This document shows positions 37,858 through 51,700 of a stretch of DNA of 64,000 nucleotides, piece by piece (position 1 is the stretch's first letter; each line of letters opens with the position of its first letter). Location: positions 8,051,628-8,115,627 of the forward strand of contig NC_081396.1 of NCBI RefSeq assembly GCF_030684315.1. The letters are read 5' to 3'. The DNA is from Stegostoma tigrinum (Eukaryota). The notes under the pieces were generated by a model, which saw nothing but the letters and a program-made list of their open reading frames with translations, had not been told where the DNA came from and searched no databases. A program made the position numbers and the translations under genes.

Positions 37858-37940
37858 AACTATTGCACTGGAATGTACCACTGTGCAGCTACTATGTTAG
37901 CCACAGCAATCAAGAAGATGGTTCTAGTAATACAGCAACT
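37858..37940 (+). other. Orphan D1 segment of the pseudo-cluster (CAGCTACTATGTTAGC, 37886-37901)
   Basis: aactattgc-12-CACTGTG [D] CACAGCA-23-ACAGCAACT; flanks are homologous to D1 at 3746-3822. Confidence 0.88.
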
Positions 37941-38279
37941 CAGACCACACATTACTGCTGGAATCAGAAACACATTGATTTATTTGCGAACACAATGAGT
38001 CACTGTACATTCGCACGGAGGAATATCAACTCTGGTTTGCTCATCCAACAGCAAGAAAACATGTTTTGGGAGGGAGACAGATTGCATTTTGCATTTTTAC
38101 CAAAGAGCTCTGAAAGTGTGTGCAAAGCAAAAGAGCAATGAGGGACCGATTCGGGCCCCTTAAAGATCTATGAGGTCATCCATGTGTTGAAACTCAGGAG
38201 GTGGAAGTCACACAAAATGAATGATTTGAGTCAGATTTTCTCTGTGCAGACTCTTTTAGCAGAGTCCACATTCCAGAAG

Positions 38280-39330
38280 AAGAGGTCTTAGAAAAGAATA
38301 AGGTGTATAGGTGTCCTGAATGTGATCTTGCAGGGAGTGAGGGAAGAAATTGCCGGCCACTAGCCAAAATATTTGTATCATCTGTAGTCATGGATGAGGT
38401 GTTGGAAGACTGGAGAATGGCTAATATTGTGGTTTTATTTAAGAAACACTATAAATAGAAACCTGGGAACTATAAACCTGTTGGCTTGGCATTGCTAGTG
38501 GGCAATTTGTTGAAGGTGATTGTGACCAATGGGATTTACATGCATTTGGAGAGGCAAATACTGATTAGGGGTCATCAGCATCGTTTGGTGCGAGTGAAAT
38601 CGTTGTTCACAAACCATTTGAGTTTTTTTAAAAGTCAGTAACCATAAAGATTGATGAGGGCAGAAAGGTCAATGTCATTTACATGAACTTTAGTAAAATC
38701 TTCGACAAGGTTCTGCATGATAGACGAATTAGTGAAGTTTGATCACATGAGATTCATGTTGAGCTTGCCAATTGTGTAAAAACTTGGCTTGATGGTACGA
38801 AACAGAGTTTGGTGGTGGTATGTTGATTTTCGGACTGGAGGCGTGCAACCAGCAGTGTTCCACATGATCGGTAATCAGTCCATTTTTGCTTGTCATCTAT
38901 ATGGATGATTTGTTTGAGAATATAGGAGAAATGATTAGGAATTTTGAAGATTACACCAAAAATGGTGGTGCACTGAACAGTGAAGAAGACTTTCCCAGAT
39001 TGTAAAGACATCTTGATCATTGGGTCAATGGGCTGAGGAGTGGCAGATGCAGCTTCATTTCTGAGGATGAATATTTAAGGACATCGGGCCAGCTGTTTTA
39101 CACAGGGAGATGTTTTTTGTGTAGAATGCACTACCACAGGTGGCTTTGGATGCAGGTGTAGTTACAATACTTAAACAATACATTGATAAGTACAGGAAGA
39201 GGAAAGACTTGTAGAGATACAGGCTAAGCACAAGCAAATCGGACGAGTTTAGATTGAGAAAATTGTTGGTGTGTACTATTAGGAGCGAATGGCCGAAGTC
39301 CACGTTGTATGAATCGATGACTTCTGTCAC
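38280..39330 (+). mobile_element. CR1 LINE fragment inserted between pseudo-D1 and pseudo-D2
   Basis: gaagactggagaatggctaatattgtg..tttaagaaa..cctgggaactataaacctgtt (EDWRMANIV..FKK..PGNYKPV), YMNFSKIFDKV, then a CR1 3' UTR. Confidence 0.8.
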
Positions 39331-39349
39331 TCTCTGACCTGTGGCTTCT

Positions 39350-39830
39350 CCAGGAATGTAGTTTGGATATGTTTACATTGATCTCTGTGACTGTGTAACT
39401 GGTTGCATCATGCAAACGAATCTTTTTACCCTTCGTACATACATCATTTCAGCAACTCTTACTGCAGATTCCTGTCTCCAAGCCTAAGTACCTCATAATT
39501 AAATATTTCTTGCAACTATCAGGAACGTGCTGTTGCTTTAGAATGATTTTATTGCTCATTTACGTGATTACTGTTTGAATTATATTGCCAGATTCACATT
39601 AGAATGTTCATAATTCTCCAACATTTGATGTGTGACTAAGAGTTCTAAATGTCTTCTTGAAACTCAATATCAAGAGAAGCATTTGCACTATATTTGCTGC
39701 ACCAGTTAAATTACATCCTGGAAGATCTGTTGATTTTTCTGCAGTAATTACAACATGGATTGCATGTGATGATATGCTGTGATGTATACTTACCTCCACT
39801 GTGTTGGCACGACACAAATTGAGATTCCTG
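39350..39830 (+). pseudogene. Pseudo-D2 (39396-39408) and pseudo-D3 (~39780-39815) with homologous spacer DNA
   Basis: tgatctctgtGACTGTGtaactggttgcatcatgcaaacgaatcttt aligns to D2 (tgatctgtgtGACTGTGttacttggtgtagcacagcaatgaatcttt). The intervening DNA aligns to 4160-4470. The 3' heptamers are mutated. Confidence 0.8.
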
Positions 39831-42394
39831 GCAACTGAATATTATTACAGCTGCATGGGTACCATTTTGTTGGAAATTATGAAGCATTGTTGTTTTGCTT
39901 GAAAGTCTTTGAAGTGCATAATTCAAGAAACTATTTTCTTTTAACTCTCCTTGAACTGTTGTTGCTTTTTTTCGTTACAATTAAAGCATAGTTTCCAGAT
40001 TTGGTTCTGGGATAAAATTTGTGAGTATTTAAATTCATTACTTAGTTTTGAACAACCCTGTTAAAAAAATGTTTACAAACGTAGGATAACTAAAATAAGT
40101 ATTTGAAAAGATTGGGAGGACAAAGCCGATGCAGTTATTCCTCATTGACATCTTTCTGCAAATTGCCCTGATGCAGTACGTCGACATGGAAGAGTTAATT
40201 AATTCTGAGTTTAAGAAGTTTTTCAGAAATGATTGCATTTTTTTCAGAAGAGTGTGTCATTTGAAATTCCGGTCACTCTAAAAACATGCTTAAATAAGCG
40301 AAAAAAGTAACTGTTTCCACAATATTTGCACAAGTCCTTTGAATGGTTTATTCATTTATAATTTAAGACTTTGATTCTTGACTAACATTGAGCATGCCAA
40401 ACCAAGGGGAACCGAATGATTGGGAATGAATTGAGACTCACGCATTAAGGCTAAACGAGTAATAAGATTTTGTACCGTGTGCTGTGTTGCGACAAGTTAT
40501 TGCTAGCCATTAAATGAAAAAGTTACAAAAGATTTTTTTTCAATTATAACCATAATGAAAAACATAGCCTGACTCAAAAATGGGCCTCTTGTATCAGCCA
40601 ACCAATGAGAATGAAGAATTGAACACTTGATTTGCGCGGGCACGATGCCACCAGGTTCTCATTTCACATGGTTGTCAGCAGCTGATTTCAGGAGATGGAC
40701 TGGAGTTTAGCAAGGAGTCAATTTACAATTCAATGAGTCTCCGAAATATTTATTTACGAGTGAATCAAATTGTCCTCATGATGAGACTGTGTCCAAGGAC
40801 AGAGTCTTTTGAGGCTTCATTAGTTGAATTGGTCACCATAAATTTTCTTATCAAGCAGAAGTGAAATAAACTGTTTCTTAGTTAGTTATAACTTTGAAAG
40901 AAACAACATATCTTCATAAGAATAGTAAGCCTTTGGCCTACAGATTCTACTCTTGTGATTTGTTATTTATTGATTCAAGAAGCAAATTGTCGATTTAGAT
41001 TTGAGTCCATGTCTTTGTTGCAAACACCTTATATACAAGCATTATTTCAAACAGATTATCAGTGCTGCTATGTCGGATGAGGTTTTGCTACTGCTTTCCA
41101 TTTGTCTTTCTGGGTTAGGCTACTTGTTGATGTAGACATTTGTGGTTCTTTCAAAACACAAGCAATGGATTGTATGTTTCTGAGCTAATGAAGGCGTGAC
41201 TTTCAGCGATTGTTTTACTAAAATTGATTAAAGCTTTTGTTTTACAAAGGGATGAAGAAAACTCAGAATTTGCCGTCAGTGTTCCAATGCTTCTCTTTGG
41301 GTGTGGTGTACATCGTCTCAAAGAAGGCAATCTGTCCTGCCATAAAAAAGGAGAAAGACCATTGCTATGTCTTTAGCCTGATAGCAGAAATTTAGCAGAC
41401 TGCATCGGCGAAATGTTCTGTTTTTTTTTTAAGAAAACGCAGTTAAACTTATTTTACAAAAGAAGATTTACAGTACAAATTCAATCTGGCCTTTGACATC
41501 TTGCAAGTTCCCTTTGTCCCTTCAGAATGATTTGTACATAATTTCTGAGTAATTGACAAATTACAGTTTCAACAGTATCATTTATTACTGTTTTTATGAT
41601 TATAGTTCAGCCATATTCAAGTTTTACCCAATATATGGGTTTTGTACCCTAGAATGTATGCTATGTCGGGGAATTTATGTGGTAGTAGATATTCCAAAAT
41701 AGGCAGGAGCGAAAAAATAACTTTACGTTTACGTCTTTGGGAAGCACGGACAGGATTGATTGGAATTTGGTAAAGTCGAGCAGTCATTAGAAGAGCATTG
41801 TAATAACGTTTATGCTTCTGGCATGCGTACTTCACAGGTGATTAATGTATGCGCGAAAGTTTGCTTTGCAACTCAGTTCAGTTAATACAGCAAAAGTGCG
41901 GCTGTGGAGAAGGGTGCTGAAGTGAACAATCTTTACAATAGAGTGACGGATAAGTTGAATCAGGAATATGTTATAATAAGGAAGCTAGAGTCTTTGGCTG
42001 TCTGCTGAGCCCAAGACAATAGCTTGGGAGGCAGTGAAATTGGTGATTAGAATTCTATTCATTAAATGGGTAAGATAATTCAAACTAACCAACGCTACCT
42101 GCTTTAATCCGATATCGCAGATCGAGTTGGAAGAAGCATTACATGTTGCTCATTATAAATAAATATTCATTGCTAATGTTGCAGTCAAATTGTTCTTCGT
42201 GTGTTCACTGTTTCCTTGGCAACTGACACTAACACAATACCTTATACCTTTTTAAAATTTACTCATCTGCCAGAATAAATCACTGGGTATTTCTGACTTG
42301 GAGCTATTGGCTCTGGCTTGAAAATTTGATTGAGTTCTTTTGTTGGGGCAACGAAGAGTCGCTGTGGATCTCTCAGATGACGTTAGATTTTCTT

Positions 42395-42730
42395 TAAAAT
42401 ATACATTCGCACGATGACTTTGTCACTGACTAGGGCAGCCTTTCTCGCTGACCCTCAGGTTCCCAGAGGGCACCAAAGAGTCAAACACATTACTGTAGGT
42501 CTTGATTCATATGTTGGCCAGACCAGATAAAGTCACAACTTCCCTTTTCTTAAGGACATTGGTTAGCTGGGCAGGTGTGTCAACAGATGATAATCAGATT
42601 CACAGTCACGATGAGATTGTTATTTCCAGATTTTATCGAATTTAAATTCACCATCTGCCGTGGTGGGGTTTGAGCTCGCTTTCCCAGAATAGTCCAGCAA
42701 TAATAACACTAGGCCATTATCATGCCCTGG
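42395..42730 (-). mobile_element. DeuSINE-type (SacSINE1-like) shark SINE
   Basis: ttccctttt.ctaaggacattggt..ttccagattttatcgaatttaaattcaccatctgccgtggtggggtttgagc..aacactaggcc, the reverse complement of a tRNA head plus Deu-like core (recognised from memory). Confidence 0.55.
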
Positions 42731-45574
42731 AGCGCAAAATGTGCTCCAAAAAAGACCCCTGAAGGAGAAAATAATACAAATTTTGCAAAAATTGATTACC
42801 AGCCAACTTTCCTTGAAGCTGATATCCGCTCAGAGACAGAAAACAGGAAATCATTTCATTGTAGTCTTATGCTGGAAAAAGTAAACTGCGGGGGTGAAAA
42901 AGAAAAAAAAATCACGCGTTGTGTCTCTTTAAAATTAACAAAACCTGCCGGCAATAATTCCCTGGTGCATTGCCCATGCAAAAGCCCAGACAGATGAAAG
43001 TCAATTTGTCAAAACATCAGCATTGCTTTCTCCGGCAATATTTCTGTGAGATCTGATGCTGGACATGCACAAACCTTTTAAGGTGCCGGTAAAATTCGGA
43101 AGTGTCGAAAGAGGGGGGACAAATCCTCCATTTTTAAACTAAACCATGTAATACAAGGCGAAAATATTACGCCTGGCCCTTAAAAATGTATCACGAATTA
43201 TAGCAAACTTGTTCAGGGAGACTTATTGCGTTGGAAAGACTTTAGGAAAGACGTGAAAAGGAATTTAGAATCTGAAAAGGAAGTAAAGGAAACTGTAATT
43301 GTACAAGCAGGATCTCAATTTTGAGGTGTTTTAACTAAATAGCACAACTGTATCACCTGTCAGATGTAGAAGCTGTATCTACTGAGTTATCTGGAACTAT
43401 TACGTGCTGTTTACAAGTGCAGTAGAAGTATCTTGAGTGCTAACTTTTCAAGGAAAATTTTAGTTTACAACAGCTTTGAAATCGCTTCGTTGCAAGATAA
43501 ATTGTAAGTTATGATGTTTGCAGGATACCAGAGAAAAACAGGCAACAGGAATATGTGACTATTTCTTCAAAGAACCATGCACTGGAAGCCTCATTGCCTT
43601 ATACTTTCGGTGCTGCATTACTTTCTGTTTCTATAATGCAAGACGTTAATTCGAACAGCTAAAGACTTGACGCAGCAGGACAGCCCCAGAACAGTCATGA
43701 GAATCGATAACGACATGGATGAAAGCTTCAGCAGGAGCAAGGGCCGAAGATTGAACGCGTTATCAAGAACAGAAATTGACTTTGCGCTGATGGGAATGAG
43801 GAGAGAAAACATTTCTCATGGTGAGGTGTGATGTAGAGTTTTTTGGTTATTAGTGGTCATGACCATTCGGGTGCTGTCTCCATGGATTATAGCCAAATGA
43901 TTCTTAAAATTTGATTCAAAATTCTGCTGTCTCGGATAGTCATGCAGTCCGTTTCGAAATAAATGATTTTTGGACTCTTTTAATGAAGAAAATTTAAAGA
44001 TATGGTGATTTAAAGGAAATGTAACTGCAGTATTCGTCCAGTCCCCCAGATTGGTGAACTCCATTGTCACCTCCCCACAGTTGCTGGTGGAATCGAAGGT
44101 CCACTGACATGCCTGGAATTACTGTCAGCAATAACGAGCATGACTCTCTGTTATAAAACAACACTGGTTCATTGCATTCCCCATTAGTAAACAAAGCCTG
44201 ATACACCTTACGCAGTTTGCACAGCTATTTTATATCGTTCCTCTGGAATAGCCTCGGAGTCATCTAATTCAAGGACAATTCGAGTTCAGCAAATAATACT
44301 CGTGCCTCCATCTTGTGAAACAATAGAGGATAGAGACATTTTCGTAGTCCTGTAATACTGACCGCTTCTCCAGCCTGCTCTTGTATTGTCTGCTTGGCGG
44401 CAGTCAATGGCAGTTGGAGTTACATTAACAAAAATAATAATAAAAAAAATTATGAGGCTCCATGCTTATAATTATTCTGCTAATCCAATGGTTGCCAAAA
44501 TCGTGGTGTTACATGCTCATGTCGCATGGGACACCAGATCGTTGTTTAAGCCGTATTGTTGATACATCATGTGCACAATGTCACACTGGAACCTCTGGCA
44601 CAGGTTCAAGAATTGATTGACATGCTCCTGTCCAGGTCCATCCCTCCAGAAAATCCCAAGCTGTAATTGGAGGAGATAAACATTGTTTCTACAAAAGGTC
44701 ACAGCAACAATCCGTTCCTGCAAGTGCCAGATTTTGCACGGGGCTTGTTGGTTAAGTATCTCTCATACCATGATTTACTGAATGCAGTAAAAAGAAGGAA
44801 TACAAACAATTAGCTTTTTCTGGATGAGATAATCTGTCATGTGAAGGAATCATCTCAGAGAATTCACTAACCAGCTTTGCACAATATCTGCTTGACCAGC
44901 CAACAATGACACAAGGATGGGAGGGGCCTTTTGTGACAACAGTTAGTGCACTGTTCTATGGAACATAGAAATGTTTACACTGACCGTGTCACCATGACTT
45001 TGCATAACGTTGCTTTCTGGGATGAACTATCTGTCAATCCTGGAGGGTATCTGCTTGATGGCCTGTTGTACCTGCTAATGCTGGAGCAACAGTCTGCGCT
45101 TGCAAGAGGTGCTGCTCAATGACAAAGGGTGTACACATCTTTGCTGGTGGCTGTTTTAGAATGGGGAAGCTTTGGTCAGCTATGCATGCAGATGATGTTT
45201 CTCTCAGTGCGAGAAACACAGACCAGATATAAAATTACTACTGAGTCTTACACGATGCGATCTCTACTCTTCTGACATCATAATTATTTTTATTCATTGT
45301 GGACGTTGCAAAAGTAACCCTACCCCTAGCCCGAACCCTATCGCAGCTAAGTTTTAGTGATTGGTAGGTTCAACTTCGATTACATCATCAAACGCGAGAT
45401 TTCCGGGTTCATTTCATCAACACTACATTGTATTCTGCTTTGAACGTGAACACATTGATAACAATAACCATCAATTCCATCCAGAAATCCCTAAAGTGAA
45501 AGATGACCCAAATGTCTATGAGGTAGAAGAAGACGATTTCAAACGTTTTAATGACGATATAGACTTTGCATGAA

Positions 45575-45700
45575 AGGTTCTGAGAAAGGGTCACTGGACC
45601 CGAAATCTTAACTCTGTTTTTCCCTTCACAGATGCTGTCAGACCTGCTGAACTTTGTTTTTGTTCCTAACTTACAGCATCCGCAGTTACTTTGGTGTGTT
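45575..45700 (+). mobile_element. pLTR-derived repeat with decayed hammerhead motif
   Basis: ctgagaaagggtcactggacccgaaatcttaactctg..cacagatgctgtcagacctgctga, same family as 22145-22270. Confidence 0.6.
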
Positions 45701-48700
45701 TTGAACTAATGGTGATCGTTTTCGTCATCCTGTTCACTCTCAGCATGATGTACAAATCATTTGTGACAACGCTAAAGCGAAGACCACATTTCAGCCATCC
45801 CATAGCATTGTACAAATTTACAGGAAGTTTGTATACGTTACAAAGATGAACATTTCTTGAGCGCCACGTCATAAATGGAACATCATTAATCATTTACATG
45901 TGATTAACTGACAAGTTCAATAAGCCTACTGCACACGATGTTTTAAGAGTAGAGTGCATGTGACATATGGGACTTAAATATACAATCAGGGGAGGTCTTT
46001 AACTTGCCAGTATATTGTGGTTATTGGAAACACACAAAATAGAAAGTCGGTTTTGGGTTATGTTTGGGAATATCGAGCAGAATAAATCAAAAGCGAGAGG
46101 AAGGAAGAAGGCAAACAGACGTTCCAAGTACTTGCCATAACTTTGAAGGAATGTTGAAATCATTGATTGATGAAGGATTGTTGCAGGCAGAGGAAATGAT
46201 TTGCAATTCTGCATCAGGTTATGTTTAATCCGTGTCTGAATTAATTATACACATTGAAATTGCATGTCTCCGATAATACTGTGCGGCAAAAAATATATCA
46301 ATCACTGTTTTCACTTTTCTAATCAGTCACTGAGTCCATAGGATTTTGTGAGGAGGAGAATTTGAAATATAACGATTCTTCAGGTGAATAAATATTCCCT
46401 GGCATTAACCCAGGGTGATTTTACTTTCATGTGACCGTCTTCTGAGTTCTGTCAACATCATTACGAGATAAAATTTTCCTCCATAAATCGTCTGCATTTT
46501 GAATGACCTTGAACAATTCTATGGATCAATTATTGAATGATGGATTGTTACAGTTGCTTCCATGCGTCAGTCACAAAAAAATAGTACTCAGATGTAGCAC
46601 AAAGCCGAGAAGGCCATGGGATCTTATCTTTTATTGTCGGAAGAATTGACCAAAGCAGCAAGGAGTTTATGCTTAACTTAAATTGAATATTGGTGAGGAC
46701 ACATCTCAAAGGCTATGTTGAAGTTTTGTCTCAATTTTTTTAAAAAAAGTGGAAAGTACCTGCATCAGATGTTGTTCTGACAAGTTTAACTGGATTTACA
46801 GTTTAAATGAAAGAGCAGTTTTATGAAGGTATTTTAACAAACTCCGCTCAAATGCAATGATGTTCATAAAAGAGAGGATTGACTTTACCTGGGTCGATAA
46901 GACCCTGAATACTCATGATAACAAAAATTCGAAGTTACGTTTCTCATAAAAATATGAGTTGTGGTTCTTTGGGAGAAGTAATAAGACAAGAGATTTCTCA
47001 ATGAATGGTTGGACATAAGGAAGCTTTGATTGGGTACTTGCACAAAGATCTTTGAAGGGGGAAGGACAGGGTGATTTAAGAAATCTTAGTACAGATTATA
47101 AAACCAGGCAGATTATGATGGAACGGTGGAAAACTTTGGTGAGGGCATAGCTGACGTTCTGTGTGCTTTAGTGGTCAGCACGTGATAGGAGTGGCGGAAC
47201 GCCACTGGAAAAAAATAACCTGAAAGAACTGTTCATGCTGGAAATCTGAAACAAAAGCAAAACAAAAAAGTTGGGAAATCTCAGCTCATCTGGCAGGATC
47301 ACTGGACAAAAATCATAGATAACGTTTGGGGTCCAGTGACTTCTTCAGAACCAGATCTGCATAGATTTTCCAGAAATTTCTGATTTTGTTTGCAATTTCA
47401 GAAGTATGACTGCAAGAGAGGTTCACCAGGGTGTTGCCTGTATGACAGCATGTTAGCAATAAACAGAGGCTAGAAAAGCTGTTTTCTTTCGCGTGGAGCA
47501 AGCTGAGTGAGAACCGCACTGCAATGTTAGAGATTATGATGGCCATGTGCACATGTGTAGTAGAGGTGTCCTGTGATGATAGTCACAGCGCTTCCTTAAT
47601 GCCCCACTTTGAGTTCCTAGACCTGTTCCAAGTCCATCACTTTTGCCCTTTTGCCACGGCGATAGTTGTACACACTGCAGTGGTGGGCATACTCACTATG
47701 ACGTTGGGATTGTGTTGCGATGATGTGAGTGAGCACTGGTAACTGTTACCATCACTGTTATGTACAAGTGCAGTTGCGGAAGGCAAATTATTGAGTGTGA
47801 ACACAAGTATGTTTTTCCTTCATGTTGGCTCCGTCACCACCTTGTCTAAATCTTACCAATCTCTCGTGTTTCTTCTACTTAATCCTTAATATATGGCAGT
47901 ATAAGCTCATTCGCTGAGAAGGTTGCCTTGCATATTTTTGACCTAATGCCACGAGGATTCATGAAGTTTGGAGTCAATGTTGTGGTGTTTCTGCTACCTG
48001 ACTTTCCACTGTCACTAACTCTGCTGGATATGCCCTATAAATGGGACATGAATTACTTAGAGATTTTGATTGAGGCATTTGGGACATTGAATCTGTGCAT
48101 ATGATAATGTTCAATAATATTGACTGGAGTTCTGTTGAAGTTTCAATGGTCCTGATACGTTGACTGAAAATTTTCTTCACAGATCCTGCCAGAAATTATG
48201 AGCATTTTTGGTAACTTCTGATTTTTGTTCCTTTATGACTCGTCTGTGAGACAATTTCACCAACTCAGTCGCGAAATCCCGGATAAAAGGGATTGTGAAA
48301 TGTAAGTTCGACAGGGCTGGGCTTGCTGTTGCCGTTTCTTGTACCTTATTTAGTGCTTTTTTTTCCTGATTTGAATTGAGAAATTTATGAAGTCGATTAA
48401 ACTGAATGGTTTGTGAGACAGTTTCAAAGCGCATTTAAAAGTCAATCACATGTCTGAAGGCAATCAGAGACAAACAGCAAGCGCTATATTTTCCAGTATT
48501 TTCCAGCCTTGCCCCTCCCGATCCCGACTATAAAGAAGGAAAGTTTCCTGCCTTCCTTCTTAATGTTCCTTATTTCTGTTTCAAATTTACAGACCGTCAA
48601 CGTTCGTAGAGGGGAAAGACAGTTTATAGGAATTGAAGTCATGTTTACTCTTCCTTCAAGCAAAATAAACCAATGATGAACGATAACCACTTAGGGAACT

Positions 48701-51700
48701 ACCAATTAAAAGCGTCAGAAATCCAAGCGATGCCTATAAATAACAAAGTACGATTAATGTCAAACTGTTCGTGGTGGAAACAAACTTTTTTTTTGTTTTT
48801 TCACACGAATACAGGATCCACTGAACATATATACGAAATACTTTTGGGTTTAAATCATTCTGTTCAATGCCGTTGTACAATGAGTTCATTTCAGAGCGAA
48901 TGGGTCCGATGAAGAGTTCCCTCAACCATGCAGAATGGTGCACATCATTGAAATAGAATGTTAATCACGTCGTGAAAATGCTCATTTAAAAATCCATGGA
49001 ATGCGATGAAAATTAATTTATGATAGAATTACTTGAATTCATGAGGAGTTAACGAAAACATCTTGTATTTTTTATCAAGGATTAATCGCTCTGATTTTTC
49101 CTATGTGCTTTTTTGGCTCATGAGCGTTACTATAATCAGCCTTTCCCTATTTCTGATTGGTTTCTCTTTCTACAATTGTTTCTATGGGCGGTCAAGATGT
49201 TCATTTCTGGCTCATGTTGAAAACTTGCATGGGATCCGGTGACAATGAAGAGCATGGAGCAGTGGCACGATGAGCAGCCACTGCACCATATGTCTCAATA
49301 TCGTCACAATTAAACAATGGAAACGGTTTGCTCAACTTTTACTTTTCACTTTCATATTATGTCTTCCTTCTTTTGTGTGAAGTAGAATTCTACGTAAATG
49401 CAAACAAATACACACAAATAACTGAGGAAGTTACAAAGCATAAATCAAAACAGATTCGAAATGACTGTTCGTATGATTAGGTCGGATATTCGAAGAGAGA
49501 TAGAGTTCTGCTCTTGGCCTTCGTTAATGATCAAGTTATTTACAATAAGTAATGTTAAAAAAAAACTACCTACTACGTCTTGAACTCAGAGATACAGTAT
49601 CCGAGAATATAAAATTCCCTCGTCATCTTGAATTCCTTAACAACGCAGTATCCAGATATTCCCTGTGGAGAAATAGAGCTTAGAATTAATCCAAAGATTA
49701 CTCCGCAGAACATTCTAAAGCAATATTTACAGCGGAAAGTAAATATTCCTTTGCTCATTAGTTTGCATCACTAAAGAATCCATCGACATGTTATTCTGTG
49801 GAGAGAAGAGATGGTCTAAACTAAATATTGGTGACAATTACTTCAATGGTTCAGAAGAGGAAGCCTTCAAGAAAGCCTTCACATCTAAAGATATACATTG
49901 GCAAGAAAGACAACTTGATTCATTTTCCCAAACAAATATAATGAAAGTAACATCCACTTTGTACCACTCTCAAGATCTGGTATAACTTCAAAAAAAAATA
50001 GACAGGTTATGAAGACACAATACGACCATATCTTCGTTGTCACTGAATGAAAATCTTGAATTACGCTCAAGGCAATATCTTGAATGGTTCACATAAATGA
50101 ACAGCCGCAATCGATATGAACGTTTTCCCACTTGATCGGCCTATACAATTGGAATGCAGCCAACGATAGATTTCATGTGCATCCTTGCTTTGAACATTAC
50201 GCTTCTTTTATTTTATAATCAAAATTCTTCTACTGACAACTGACTGTTAAACTTCGCCAACATAATGTGATGGGCTGTAACAAAAATGATGGATGTTATA
50301 TTTCTGTTTTCCACTGATATCCTGTATTTTAATCTCACAAGTATTTAAGAATATATCTTTTCCAATTTCCAGTTTCCCTCAATGATTAAGTTTATAAAAT
50401 TCGTCCTCAATTGTCATAACTGTTGCAGCACACCTGAATGAACTCATGCCGGGGCAAAATTCAGTCAAACGAACAATGTGCAAACTTTCACTTTGCGAAG
50501 TGTCAATTGATTTTGTTTTTCGTTTCATTCTTGGGATATGCGTGAGATGGGTATGGTAAAGCATTGTGCAAAACCAATTGCTTTTGAGTCGATACTAGTG
50601 AGCTTACCATGTGTGTAGCTGCGCATGCAAATATGTCAAGAAGAGAGTATCAAGATTTTCATTCAGTGACAATGAAGCCGAGAGAATTCCATATCAATAT
50701 AGTCAGTGACTTGCATGGAACATATATGCAGTAGTGTTCCCTTGCCCATTCTTCCCATTTCGTTCGAGGTTGCACACTTCAAGAGAATGAAATTAAAGTA
50801 CTTAAAGTTTCAAATCATAGTAAATGGAAAGTCATAGACAGGGACTGCGTCACCGCAGCAGAAATTCACAGGCAACTAAATCGAGTCTTTAATTCCAAGG
50901 GATTTCCGACAGAACTGAATGCTTCAAGCTAACTGAATTGAACTTAAGGTTTCATTTCACTGAATCTTCAATCCATTCTTTAAAGTAATTGCCAGGTTTC
51001 AAAACTAAAACTTGAAAATTTGGCTCATTCTGGCAACTATCTGAGTATTTCAATTGACCAAAGATTCACATGGGCACGCTATTTTAATGTAAAACCAAGG
51101 ACTCCAGGTGCTGCAAAACTGAAAGCCGGAGAAACTCAAAATACCTAGCAGCATCTGTGGGGTAAAAGCAGAGTTAATGTTTCGAGTCTAGAGATTCTTT
51201 TAAAACCTTCATATTCTGGCTAAAAGAAGAGGCCACAGGTGAGATATTTATCGGTGGATAAGTGCCCACTTATCTCCCCTAAGGCCAAGGCAAACAGTGA
51301 TGGTTGGAACAGTGATGAGATGGTCCCAAAAACGAATTAAGAACATAACGGTTGAAACAACTATTATAGGAAACCAACTCAAAATATTCATGCAATAATG
51401 TAATTTGGAAACTTCCAGAGGCACATACTTGAAATGATCAGAAGGATTAAGTATGCAAAGACAATTCCGCATTTCTTTTGTTTCATAATTCGCAGTTTTT
51501 CCATGGTCCTTTGAGGCACGCATTTCACCGCCAATTTTCAGCATGCTACCGTTTTGAAATCATACCTTTCAAGTATCTTTGCTTTTAATTCCCCCAGACG
51601 AACTGTTAATGCAGTGTTAGTTTGAAACAAAAACTGACATCAATAAATAAACTGAACCTAAGAATGTAATATTCAACAACTTCTGTTTAAAATTGCATTT

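Noticed and set aside
40000-40026. TTTGGTTCTGGGATAAAATTTgtgagt reading FGSGIKF, like a TCR or light-chain J
   Set aside because: No RSS upstream, and the flanks align with the post-J intron of the functional cluster (4895-5120), so it is probably chance.
44480-45230. Possible Harbinger transposase remnant (GGA.., TLHNVA)
   Set aside because: Only a few short motifs by eye; too decayed to call without an HMM search.
45316-45340. Telomere-like hexamers (taaccc tacccc tagccc gaaccc)
   Set aside because: Only four degenerate units; not significant.
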